A stretch of 64,000 nucleotides of DNA from Selaginella moellendorffii (lineage: Eukaryota > Plantae > Lycopodiophyta): NCBI RefSeq assembly GCF_000143415.4, contig NW_003314319.1, positions 1,115,683 through 1,179,682 of the forward strand, read 5' to 3'. Shown here in pieces: positions 13,640-26,349 of the stretch; the stretch's first letter is position 1, and each line of letters starts with the position of its first letter. Position numbers and translations under genes: made by a program. The notes under the pieces were generated by a model. The model was not told the DNA's origin, made no database searches, and saw nothing but the letters and a program-made list of their open reading frames with translations.

Positions 13640-14200
13640 GTGCCCGCTTGCAACTACAAGTAGTGTCTATCTAGAGCTGGAGGAGAGCTTGGCGAAGCAC
13701 TTGGCTAGAGATCTCAGTGAAGAAATAGGCATCAACTTCATGGACAATAGTCAGCTCTGCTCCAAGTCAGGTGCTTGCCTCCTCTTCAGGCTCTCTTTTA
13801 CTTGAGTATGAAGCTGGCATGAACAGCGAGCTTGATCTTGTAGTCACTTGGAAAGCCCGGGTGGATTGGTCTCGGTTCTACACAAGCCGGTATTTGGCTG
13901 GCAGCGGGAATGCAAGGGGATCCATCATCATTTCGTTTCGAGCAAATGATGGTTCTTCTCGAAACTGTTACTCTTCAGGTATCAAGGCAGTCGACTACGT
14001 TGACATTATGATCCTCCAGATAATACCATGGTTTGTTCATTTGTATGGCCACGCGCTAAAGGCTTTGTTGGATGGCCGAAATGTGGAGTTTTGATCCATG
14101 GTTAGATTGATGAGATTCACACCGGCAGAAGATTGCAAAGCTCCTGCTGCTGTGGAGGTTCCTTTGCAAGTTTCTATTGCAACCCATGCTGTAACTTTGA
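13640..14200 (+). repeat. Third, diverged partial copy of 670-1205
   Basis: cccgcttgcaactacaagtagtgtctatct... is shared; ORFs 13530 and 13771 resemble ORFs 340 and 885. Confidence 0.85.
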
Positions 14201-14377
14201 CAAGGTTTGTGATATTGCTGGTTGCTTTGGAAGGGATCTTGATGATGCTGTTCCATTCATGTAGGGATTTCTTCACATCGACGATCATCCTCTAAATGCA
14301 AACCGTGGATTTGATCTGCCGTCCACAGTTATCACTTATCATTTATAAACATTTTAATAATAATAAAGTTGCTAAAT

Positions 14378-17300
14378 TGTGAGTGCATGGAATATGGAAA
14401 GAGAATACAGAAAATATGCATATCAATTAACCCAAAAACCCTAACTTATATACAAGAGTGAATGGTCCAAATTGAAACCAATCTGACGGGTACCAAAATC
14501 CCACTACGTTAATATTAGTATATGGCATCATAGCCATACACTTGGCCCTCACATCATCCCCTCCTCTCAGAATAATGGAAGATCATTAGGGTTCTCTTGT
14601 AGATGGGCTGGGATCTAGAGGAACATTAGGAGGAGGCATTGGCAGATGTATAGATGGTATTAACTGCTCCTGATCTCTTTGTATAAAGCGTTTCAACCTT
14701 TGCACATGTATAATCTCTGGAGGATCAACCTGCTAGATGTCATGCCGAACCTCATAAACTTGTGGTTCAACTTGCCACAACACCCGATACGGTCCTTTCC
14801 ACTGTGCAAGGAGCCCCTTAGATAAACCATGTACCGTAAGATGGGGAAAACAAATTAACACTAAATCATCCACTTTGTACTCCACAAGTGGACAATGATG
14901 GGAGTGTTAGCGCTGTTATTGTCCCACTTGTATGCGGCCTAAGTGTTCAGCAAACTCTACTCAGACAAGTGGAAGAATGCTTATCAAATACTGATCCCAC
15001 GACCTAGCATCGGTAGCTCGTGGCAATTGCGACAGTAAACCCAGCTCCATTGGTAATACTAGATCATGACCATATAAGAGTTTATATGGTGAAGCACCAA
15101 TAGAACTCTGCACCCCTGTGACATATGTATACCGAAGAGACGGCAAATAACCATCCCAATCCGAATGCTAAAAGTTCATATACTTTGCAATCATCCTTTT
15201 GAATGTCCGAACAAGCCGTTCCTCTAAAACATCTGATTATGGATGATAAGCACTCGTGAAAGTGTGATATATCCCCAATTGAGACGTCAGAACATGAAAT
15301 GCCTCAACTATAAATGTGCAACCATTATCCGAAAGAATCTGCTCTAGACAAGAATGCTGGAACACCACTTGATTGAGGAGGAAGTATCCAACAACAGTTG
15401 CAAAGGTGCTAGCAAGAGCACCAACTTCCACCCAACGAGTCGAGTAGTCAAAAACAATAATAACATACTCATTGCCAGCAATCGACTATGGAAAGGTCCC
15501 ATAAGATCAAATTCCACCAACTCAAATGGACGGGAAATTGTAATTGACTCCAACCGTCCTTCCACAACACGAGGGGGAATATTACGAGTTTGGCACCAAA
15601 TGCAGCTATGCACATACCGGATAACATCATGTCACATCTTCGGCCAATAGAAAACCTGTGCAGCTTCTTAGTTACACGATGATGTCCCATATGCCCACCT
15701 AGCAGTACGACTAACGAAGTTCTTCCATTTCACTAATGAAGTGACGGCAACATGGTCACCTTCAAGTAATGTCCAAGAACCATGTAGATATGCCTGAAGT
15801 TTCTCAAAACCCCAGAGTGTTGCTAAACACTCCTTCTCTATTGTGGAGTAGTTCATCTTCGCTGGTTGTAATGTATGGCTTATATACACAATGGGATGGC
15901 ACTGACAAAGCACACTCAAGCTTTCTTGCATCAACACTTCTCCAACACTAATGTCAAAAGCATCCATGTGCAAAATAAAAGGTCGAGTATAGTCAGGATA
16001 TGCCAAAACTGGAGGAGTCGTCAATAGCTCTTTGAGATCCATGAATGCCTGCTGACAATCCGGAGACCAGATGAAAGATGATGTTGATGACTCCAGCAAC
16101 GCTTGCAATGGTGCAGTGCGATCAAAAAGATGATCCACAAAGCGACTGAGATACTGCACCTTGCCCAAAAAGCACTACACATCATTTACACACTTCAGAG
16201 TAGGGAACTTTAGAACAACCACAAGTTTGTCAAGATCAATTTGCAAACCCTCACGAGAAATATAGTACCCAAGATAAGTTGTGTCCTTGGAACCAAATAC
16301 GTACTTTGACCACTTCAACTTTAAACCAACGTCACGAACCAAACGGCATCACCAAGAACTCATACAATCTAAATGGTATACGAAAAGCAGTCTAAGGAAT
16401 ATCTTCTTCAGCTATTGGTACTTGCCAGTACCCAGAAGCAAGATCTAGCTTGGTGAACTAATGACTTCGCCTTAGACAATCCAAAAGATCAGCAGTGTGA
16501 AGAAGAGGGTACACATCTGGGAACGTCACTTCGTTTAACGGATGATAGTCGATGCATAAACGAATACTCCCATCAGGCTTCGTCACAAGATAAGGTTCAC
16601 ATACCCAAGGACATTGCGACTTCCGAATAACACCCTTCTCTAACATTTCTTTAATATTTGCGTGTAAAATCTTGATCTCTTTGGGTGACCGACAACGAAC
16701 AGGAACCTTGATTAAACGAGCATCCCTATTTGGAATTGGATGACGTGTGGCAATCTTGGCCCCAGACGATGTGTCAAAGTCAAAGAGATCAGAATACTCC
16801 TTCATAAGCTAGTCAACCGCTGCAACACAAAGATTGTTGAAGGGACTGGAAAAGGGAAGAGAAGAACAAGACGGAAACATAGAAGGAAATAATAGGGGAA
16901 CAAAAGTAATGGAAGCAGAAGTAGAAATAGAGGGACGAAGAAGTACAAAAGTGAGAGGAATGGATGAAACATAAGAAAGTATGAAACAAGGGGGAGAAGC
17001 CTCAAAGTCACATTTAGCATGATTGCACTGCAACTAATCCATACCAAGGATGAGGTCGAAAGCTTGACTCGGCACCACCCGCAAGGATTGCAACTCAAGC
17101 TCAAGATCACCCACACACACAACTAGGTCCGCCTCATCCCATGCACATGCATGTGTACGGCTATTGCCATAAAGAATGAAAACTGGTTATGCCGCATGAC
17201 GCAAGTGTAAACGGCAACTTGTGGCAATAGGTTGAGCAATAGAAGATAAACTCGAATCTGTATCAACCAATATAGAGAGAATAATAGGAGACCTCTTGTT

Positions 17301-19060
17301 ATAAAAACGATTTTGGAAAATAAACACTGAATGAACCAATGCCGAGTGAACCCCTTGATGATACTCCCAAAAGAAAGATGGAGGGGTCATTGAATTATTT
17401 GCGCAAGGTCCCTCCATTACTAGCGCAACTTTTCGTTTCCCGGATGCATTGTAGTGTCTAGACCTTCCACTACAGCAACACCAACAGGATGTTGTTGATG
17501 CCAAAGTCTCCACCCAGGAAATGGAGGTTGCCAATCCGAAAAACGCTAACAATGCCAATAGGTATGCCCAACTTCATCATATGCCCAACAACAAACGTCA
17601 TGGCCATGACCACATCCTTGCCCTTGTCCTTGGACTCGAGCAGCAGCACCACCAACCTCCATTGGAACAGAACCATTGCCTACAGGAAGAGGAGTAGAAG
17701 GATGGCCAACAAGAAGTGGACGAGGCGACATCTCATAATGTTGTGCCAAGCGAAAAACATCGTCAAGAGTTGCTGGAGCAAGTGCATGCATAAGTCCAAC
17801 AAGATCTTGATGAAGTGCTGGCCACAACATTCCTAGCTTAATCCGCTCCGACATATTTGGCTCCGCACAAAGCAAAAGACTTCGGAAACGAAAGCTAAAT
17901 TGCATCACTGACTCAAATGGCCCTTGGCGAAGATGATGTAATTGTTGGAAGGCATCATCACAATCGTCGGCATGTCCAAATGTGCATTTGAAGATGTCCG
18001 GGAGAACACTCCAATCCCCACAAGTGGCTGCACTCAAACCATTGTACCACTGCAACGCCGTCCCTTGGAGACATGTGGGAAACTCATGCAAATGTTGAGT
18101 ATCATCCCAAGAATGATATGTGGCAATCACTGTGAAGTGATTGAACCAATAGTACACAAGGAGCTTACATTTGGTATCGGAGCGGTCTCGGGTCTGACTC
18201 TGTTGGTTGGTTTAGGGGAAGATTCCCCACCACATATTGATTGACATCTAGCTGGTCTAGTTTGCTCTTGCTAGGCTCGACCTGAGGGGTAGGGTGTCAA
18301 GAGAGCGGGGCTCTCGAGAGAGCTGCGGCTCTCAGCTTCCGTTCACGAGGGCATGAACTTGTAGGGAAGCGTGGTGGATTGTAAGCAACCAAAGGGAACG
18401 ACTCGAGAGACGATCTATGGGGTTCAAATATAAAGGGAAAGGGCCCATGAACAAGAGTGCACCCCTTTTTCCAATCGGTTAAGGGTCTTGGGATAGTTGG
18501 AGTTAAGCGTCCTTGGGTTTGAATAGTATTGGGCTGGGTGACCTCCCGGGAAGTCCAATCTCAGGAGCTTACAGATTCCCACGAAAAAACTCCAACTAAA
18601 TGCGAGGATTGGCACCAAGAGCAGGAGAAGTTGTACCACGTGCCATGAATGCCGCTATCAACTGAGTTTGGTTGTTCAATTGTAAACACATAGCATTAAG
18701 CAATTGTACTAACTCAAAGGAGGAGATTGCTGATTTGCTATGAAGATGAACAAAAAGGAAAGAGTGAAAGAAGAGGAATGACAAAAGCTAGAAGGAAATG
18801 GAGATCTAGATAATGCAAAAAGCTAAATCTAAACCAAAATCCTGAAGGGAAAAAACAAATGGAAAAACCTAGATGTAAACCAAAATCCCAAATCCAAACA
18901 ATCCTCAAGGATAATCAAAAGATTACATATCAATTAACCCATAAACCCTAGTTTATATATAAGAGCGAGTGATCTGGATTGAAATCAATCTAACAGCTAC
19001 TAAAATCCTACTATGCTAATATTATTATATAGCATCATAGCCGTACACTTGGCCCTCACA
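14378..19060 (-). mobile_element. Degenerate Ty3/Gypsy LTR retrotransposon (element C)
   Basis: Minus-strand order: gag (17546-18157, QGTALQWY..LRQGPFESV), protease (ILVDTDSS), RT (KPDGSIRLCIDY), RNase H (FILHMDA..NYSTIEKECLA), integrase (ILSDNG, AYHP). LTR-derived direct repeat 14420-14553 ~ 18926-19060 ending ggccctcaca; PPT at 14554-14570. Many stops and frameshifts; no convincing TSD. Confidence 0.88.
18159..18573 (+). mobile_element. Cassandra-like TRIM (5S rRNA-derived LTR), 5' LTR nearly all deleted
   Basis: LTR remnant aggagcttaca, then PBS TGGTATCGGAGC (18172-18183, tRNA-iMet type), ~190-bp non-coding interior and a 214-bp LTR TGTAG...TTACA (18360-18573). The LTR contains gagttaagcgtccttgggtttgaatagtattgggctgggtgacctcccgggaagtcc, which matches the internal control region of plant 5S rRNA. 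Confidence 0.85.
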
Positions 19061-20552
19061 AAAAATATTTAATATTAAATTTTAACTTAATAACAATATA
19101 TACAAGAATTATATTTATATATCTAATATTGAATGTATATATATAAATTTTTTTAATAAAATCTTTCTCAATTGAAGATATGCATAATATAAAAAATTAA
19201 AAAATAATCTTGAAAGCTTATATTATTAAATGTTTATATTGTTGTGATAACATTTATGATATTTTTAGCATATTTGAGTGGTTTTTCAACAGTAGAATAA
19301 GGAGTTATTACCTATCTTTATAATGTTATAACACAATATATGTTTTCAGTGTTTATGAAATTTCACTAAAGAGTAAAAATTGATATATTCTTACTGCTTT
19401 TTCTAAATGCCACACCATTAAAACTTCATTGGAGTACCTAAATAAAATTTTATAAACTTTAAATTTATTATATAAAATAAATAAATTTATGATATAATTG
19501 TTATGTTTACAATTATCTAAAGCAAAAATAAATTATAAAATTTAAATATATATATAAAATTTCCTTTTAAAATGAATATAATAGTTAATCCTTGTTCTAA
19601 CTTTTTAAATTAATTGTAATCTAAAATAGAAAATGAGTAAATATATAGAGTTTCTAGTTTAACAACTACAACAAAGTCAATTGTCTTAGAAGACAATTGC
19701 AATGACATTGTTGTAAACAATAAAGTCAAACTACTTGTTAAATAGGAGGAATCTTTGCATAGGATAAATAAACCTCCTTAAATGGTATAATCTAGAAAGA
19801 GTTAAGCCATAAAATCTCAAATTCACAAATATTAGAACTAATAACATATACTTGATTAAGGCTTACACCATCTAGAAGTATATATATTTATTGGCTCACC
19901 CTTCAATAGGACAATGTATTCAATAATTTTGAATGTCAAGAAATTAAGTAAATTTTGTTCAATTGGTAGACTTGCCTACACCAGTACCCATTGTGGAGTC
20001 ATTAATGCAAAATTCTATGAGGCTAAAGGTGTTGGTTCTATTCTCATTGAGCTTAACAAATGGCACTATACGCATGTCCCAGAAATGCAAGAAAATTTGT
20101 TATCTATGAAAAGCCTTTTTTATCTTACTCTTCAATTTCCAGAGATCAACACAGTATTACTTTTTATTTTGATGTGGTCAAGGTGATGCACAGTACTTAT
20201 TTACAAGTTTGATGCTATTTTAGTGCCTCTCGTATTTATAATTTATAAACATGTTTATAATTTATAAACTTTCTTAAACCTTTTCTAGTATATTCTTTTT
20301 TATTCTACCATCTAATGGTTGATATGCAATAAAATTAATCTTGTATATATAAATTACAAACATGCTTATAATTATAAACTTTATTTGATCAATTGGATTA
20401 ATAAGTAATAATAAAACTAGTATTAAGCAAACCAAGCGTTGCTACATGCAACGCGTAGCAATTTATTTATACTACTCTTCAATTTCCGGAAATCAACACA
20501 GTATTACTTTTTATTTTGATGTGGTCAAGGTGATGCACAGTACCTATTTACA

Positions 20553-23500
20553 NNNNNNNNNNNNNNNNNNNNNNNNNNNNNNNNNNNNNNNNNNNNNNNN
20601 NNNNNNNNNNNNNNNNNNNNNNNNNNNNNNNNNNNNNNNNNNNNNNNNNNNNNNNNNNNNNNNNNNNNNNNNNNNNNNNNNNNNNNNNNNNNNNNNNNNN
20701 NNNNNNNNNNNNNNNNNNNNNNNNNNNNNNNNNNNNNNNNNNNNNNNNNNNNNNNNNNNNNNNNNNNNNNNNNNNNNNNNNNNNNNNNNNNNNNNNNNNN
20801 NNNNNNNNNNNNNNNNNNNNNNNNNNNNNNNNNNNNNNNNNNNNNNNNNNNNNNNNNNNNNNNNNNNNNNNNNNNNNNNNNNNNNNNNNNNNNNNNNNNN
20901 NNNNNNNNNNNNNNNNNNNNNNNNNNNNNNNNNNNNNNNNNNNNNNNNNNNNNNNNNNNNNNNNNNNNNNNNNNNNNNNNNTTGGCGCTTGTCAAAAGCA
21001 CGCTCCTGCGGCTCTCACTAGCAATAATCAAGAGGTACGAGAGATTTAGTTCTCCTGTGGCAGATCAACTCACCATGGAAGTCTGGCTAGTAAATATCCT
21101 TGATGCGTCTCAAGAATCGGGGTGATTTTTGGGTGCTAAAATCGGGAGGAGTATCAAGCTCGGGCAGGACGGCAGTCTCTCCGAGAAAAAGCGGGCTTGT
21201 TTGATTCCCCCAAACCCACCAGGCACATGGAGAACTTCGTCCACTTGAGCTGCCTGAGGATGGAATTGCCTGTTCGTGACAGGAATGGATGGTGAATGTG
21301 TGGCGTCGATGCTCCAAGCACAGCCCTGAACCTGGAAAGATCACACCGAAAGCTTACAAAGTCTACTTCTCTGGAAGTTCATACCTCTCAACCTTGGTCC
21401 CTGAAAACGTATCCCGCCGCCAGGGCGCCAAACACAAGGTCAGCGTCGAGAAAGCTACACTGCGAGGAGGAGGAGGAGCGACAGGAGGAGCGCCTGCGAT
21501 CGATCATGTCTTGTCAATGGAATCAGACGAGACAAGAGAATCAGCTGCCAGGGCTGGAGCCGCCGCTGCGCCGATAGGCCAGGAAATGGATTATCACAGC
21601 CGCCGCAGTCTCCAGCTTGCCCACGTCAATCTGCGCAACTCCAGCGTCGCGATGCCAGAGCATCCGCATTGATGATCGACGATGATTCAGTATTTGGTAT
21701 TTACAAATATCGGGAAGAGAATCGAACCCGAAACGTTTGTTTTGGAAGACCGATGTCCTAAATGACTGGTCTAAGCTGTTTTTGTGAGCCGGCGAACCAG
21801 AATAATGGCTCCTTATTTAGCAAAATTTTTGCATAAAAGTCCTTGTTGAGTGGACCCTTCGGCATCGAACCCGGGTCTTCTACAACGGTTTACCTCTACA
21901 CTTACCTGATAGCCATCATCTCGGCAACCGGGTTCCCGTATTAAAAAAATCATACCATGTACTTGAACCATATGACAGGGGTCTTTGCGAAATCCATGGC
22001 GTTTTTGTTAGATCGCCCACCAGACGAGATTATCCCCCGCATTCGTGCTGCTCGGCGTTTCGTCCTTGGCAAAGCCCCCTCTTGGGTTGTGAATCGATCA
22101 TCGTGGTAATGGATCGTCAAGAGTTATGGCCTGGGTTGCAATAGAAACTCGCAGAGCAATCTCCACAGCCACAGGAGCTTTGCGATCTTCTGCTGGTGTG
22201 AATCTCATCAGTCCCAAAACTCCACGTTTCGGCAATCCAACGAAACCTGTAGCGTGTGGCCATTCAAACGAACATACCTCGGTATCATCCTCGCCTGCCT
22301 CGATGCCTGGAGAGTAACAGTCCCAGGAAGAACCATCATTTGCCCGAAACGAAATCACGATGGATCCCCTTGCATTCCCGCTGCCAGCCAAGTACCAGCT
22401 TGTGTAGAACTGAGCCCGAGCCGGAGACCAATCCACCGGGGCTGTCCAAGTGATGCCGAGATCAAGCTCGCTGTGTGTGCCAGCAAAAGAGAGCCTGAGG
22501 AGGACGCGAACACCCGACTTGGAGCAGGGCTGAGACTGAAAACACGACTGTCCGCGAAGTTGATGCCTGTTTCTTCGCTGAGATCTCCAGCCAAGTGCTT
22601 CGCCAAGCTCTCCTCCAGCTCCAGATAGACACTACTTGTAGTTGCAAGCGGGCTTGGCGGCGAGCTGCGCGATCGGATCGGCCACGCCCCAGCGCTCGTT
22701 GTTCCATCGCCCTTGCCATTTCTTTGATTCGAAACTTCCGGACCTGTTCCAAGCGATTCTTTCATCATCGTTTCGGGATTTGAGGACTTACGAGCTGGAA
22801 GATCGACAAAAGAAAGGGCAAAAGGAGGATAGGGTTCGATTTTACCTCTCAAAAGCCTCGACCACTGAGAAACGTACTTGGAGTAAGAGTTCGCACCCTT
22901 GGAGGCATGGAGGGCAATGAGATCACTCTTCTGAAGGCCATGGGTGTTTGCACTGTGCTGGGAGATTCTCTCCAAGGGCAAGTAAATCTGTGCTTGAATT
23001 CTTTCTAGTAGTTGAGTTTATATGTATGGAAAGTGTGGGCTCATTGAGATGCATTTGATTGAGCGGGATGAAACACGATGATCACTGTCTATGTGTCGCA
23101 TGAGTGTGGTAAGCAAGCAATCCACCTCTATGCATACTTGTGTCTGGAAGGGTTCTTATTAGTTGAGCAATAGTCTTGAAGTGCAATTATGTTTTAGTGG
23201 AGTTTTGAGCCTTGGACGATTGTCATTTAGCACATATACTTGGCATGGAAAGTTGCAATATACATTTCTGATAGAGCAAAATGCAGGCCTAAGGTAAAAA
23301 AAGATCACCTTCTCATGGCTTTAGATGCTTGTTTTTCTCTTGAAGTTCTTTGAACTGATAATCACAGTTGGTTATGGGTTGGATTTTTCTCTTTAAGTGG
23401 AAAATTTATGGAAAATGCAGGGATGCATACAATGTGTTTGACAACATGTGCTATAAAATAAAGGTGATCATTTGAATTGTCATGGTTACTGGACATGCTC

Positions 23501-24647
23501 AATGTGAACATTATTTACAGCAAGGTGAAGGAAAATAAAGGAATGAATTGCATAGTCTATGCAAAAATTTCATAATGAATTGATTCAAGTCTTTTAACCA
23601 CAAAAGAGATCAGAACCTCTTGGTAAAATTGATAGTAGCCTGAAAAGATATTACTAAATAATAAGAAAATTTATTATAACTAGGAATGCCCTTAGTGAAG
23701 TTGGGAATTTTGCTTACCATTCTCATATATTTAAAGCCAAAGAGCCCATTAGCAAATAAGTTTTGAATTTTCTTACAATGCCCTAACACTAAATGCAATG
23801 TGATTTTAGCCCTCTTAACACACACATTTTTTCTGTTTTTGNNNNNNNNNNNNNNNNNNNNNNNNNNNNNNNNNNNNNNNNNNNNNNNNNNNNNNNNNNN
23901 NNNNNNNNNNNNNNNNNNNNNNNNNNNNNNNNNNNNNNNNNNNNNNNNNNNNNNNNNNNNNNNNNNNNNNNNNNNNNNNNNNNNNNNNNNNNNNNNNNNN
24001 NNNNNNNNNNNNNNNNNNNNNNNNNNNNNNNNNNNNNNNNNNNNNNNNNNNNNNNNNNNNNNNNNNNNNNNNNNNNNNNNNNNNNNNNNNNNNNNNNNNN
24101 NNNNNNNNNNNNNNNNNNNNNNNNNNNNNNNNNNNNNNNNNNNNNNNNNNNNNNNNNNNNNNNNNNNNNNNNNNNNNNNNNNNNNNNNNNNNNNNNNNNN
24201 NNNNNNNNNNNNNNNNNNNNNNNNNNNNNNNNNNNNNNNNNNNNNNNNNNNNNNNNNNNNNNNNNNNNNNNNNNNNNNNNNNNNNNNNNNNNNNNNNNNN
24301 NNNNNNNNNNNNNNNNNNNNNNNNNNNNNNNNNNNNNNNNNNNNNNNNNNNNNNNNNNNNNNNNNNNNNNNNNNNNNNNNNNNNNNNNNNNNNNNNNNNN
24401 NNNNNNNNNNNNNNNNNNNNNNNNNNNNNNNNNNNNNNNNNNNNNNNNNNNNNNNNNNNNNNNNNNNNNNNNNNNNNNNNNNNNNNNNNNNNNNNNNNNN
24501 NNNNNNNNNNNNNNNNNNNNNNNNNNNNNNNNNNNNNNNNNNNNNNNNNNNNNNNNNNNNNNNNNNNNNNNNNNNNNNNNNNNNNNNNNNNNNNNNNNNN
24601 NNNNNNNNNNNNNNNNNNNNNNNNNNNNNNNNNNNNNNNNNNNNNNN
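20553..24647. other. Assembly gaps (N runs 20553-20981 and 23842-24647; another at 62123-62331)
   Basis: Runs of n in the sequence. Confidence 1.
21003..23281. repeat. Arm 2 of the inverted duplication, abutting an N gap
   Basis: Reverse complement of 40-2318; starts about 20 bp after the 20553-20981 gap. Confidence 0.95.
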
Positions 24648-24861
24648 GCAGGGAAGCGTGGTGGATTGTAAGCAACCAAAGAGAACGACTCGAAAGACGA
24701 TCCATAGGGGTTCAAATATAGAGGGAAAGGGCTCATGAACAAGAGTGCACCCCCTTTTCCAATCGGTCAAGGGTCTTGGGATAGTTGGAGTTAAGCGTCC
24801 TTGGGTTTGAATAGTACTGGGCTGGATGACCTCCCGAGAAGTCCAAACTCAGGACCTTACA
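24648..24861 (+). mobile_element. Cassandra-like LTR (5S-containing), 5' side in N gap
   Basis: Closely similar to 18360-18573; ends ...ccttaca. Confidence 0.85.
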
Positions 24862-24879
24862 GAAGTATAGTAAATTATA

Positions 24880-26149
24880 AGTAATTAAAAAGAATGAATT
24901 GAGAGACAATCTATAGTTCAAATATAGAGGGAAATAACAAAAGTACACCCTTTTTTCCAATTAGTTTGGGTTAAAACGTGTTAGGTTTGAGTATTGGGAT
25001 ATTTGGGGGTTAAGTCTCCTTATGTTTGAGTAATACTGGGCTGGGTGGCCTCTCAAAAAATCTAAATTCAAGAAATGGTATATTTCTCACTCATCTATAT
25101 AGCATGATTTTAAATTTAGTTCTCTTAAATATATTGAGCATAACAATTTTAGATCTGATTCTCTTAAATACATTGACCATGACACAATTGAGAAATGAAA
25201 CTATGGTTATTTCCTCCTACTACATTAGCACAAAATTATTTTTCTTTTTATAAAGCTTTGTGATTTTTTTTCAATTTATCAATACTCTAGATTTTAGATG
25301 TGATTCTGAGGAAAAGGAGAAAGCCATCCTTTGAGGGAGGACAAAAATTTGGCACTTCTTTATATTAAATATCTATAAATCCATTTAGTAAATTCTTATG
25401 AAATATGATTGTCTAACAACCTTTTTATTTATAATTTCTAATATATGAGAGACATTGTAATTTGAATTTCTATAATAAATCCACTAAAAACTATTAGTGA
25501 AATATAACTTTATATAAATTCCTGAGTTTGGAGTTTTTAAGAGGTCACCCAACTCAGTATTATTTAAACCCATGGATATTTCACTTTAAATATCCTAAGA
25601 TATTGGGAAACGAGGTGCATTTTTATTCATAAGCCCTTTCCTCTTATATTTATACCCCATGGATCATCTTTGAAGTTGTTTTCTTTAGTTAGTTATAATT
25701 CATTACACTTCTTTGCAAATCACGCCCTTGTAAATGGAAGTTAAGAGCCATAGCTCTCTTGAGAGCCTAGCTCTTTTGACACCTTATCTCTCGAGTTAAG
25801 CCCAACCAGAGGCAAACTAAACCTTCCAATGTCAATCGCAATATATGGCATGATTTTTTAACTAATCAATAATGTCAGATCCAAGAACTTTTGAATACCA
25901 TGAACTCCTAAATTCGAACTTCCTAAGAGGTTATTTAACCTAGTACTATTTAAACCCATAGATGCTTAATCACAAATATCCCAAAACCTTTTATAACAAA
26001 AGGTCTTCTATTATTCTCTCTGTGTCAGTTGATATATGTTCAAGTTTATCTGAAAAAGGGATGCACTCTGATATATAAGCCTTTTCCCTTTATATTTAAA
26101 CTCTATGAATTGGCTTTCAAGTTGTTTTCTTTAGTTGTTTACACTCTAC
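24880..26149. mobile_element. Older degenerate Cassandra-like copies: LTR relic 24880-25070 (+) and LTR-internal-LTR copy ~25515-26149 (-)
   Basis: Degenerate 5S-like blocks (gaggtcacccaactcagtattatttaaaccc; gaggttatttaacctagtactatttaaaccc). Interior matches 18185-18355 in reverse; PBS relic ...gaatacca at ~25900. Confidence 0.7.
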
Positions 26150-26349
26150 TATGAGACATAAAATCCCTAGGCCCCAAAGTGGAGTCGAAAGGGTGCCACG
26201 TGGTAGTAGCCAAAGTGAAAGCTAAATGAGCATAACTCGTTTGGACTAAAAGCTCTAACTTGAAAAGTCGAGAGGGGGAGTGGAACTCCAATGAAGGGCT
26301 CAAGGAACAAGCATGAAGCGAGCCATGAATGAGTCTCTAAAAAAGGGGA

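Noticed and set aside
18499-18556. Functional 5S rRNA gene
   Set aside because: Only the ~58-nt internal segment is present, embedded in an LTR.
20446-24770. Long ORFs containing X runs (also 61965-62460)
   Set aside because: Artefacts of N gaps.
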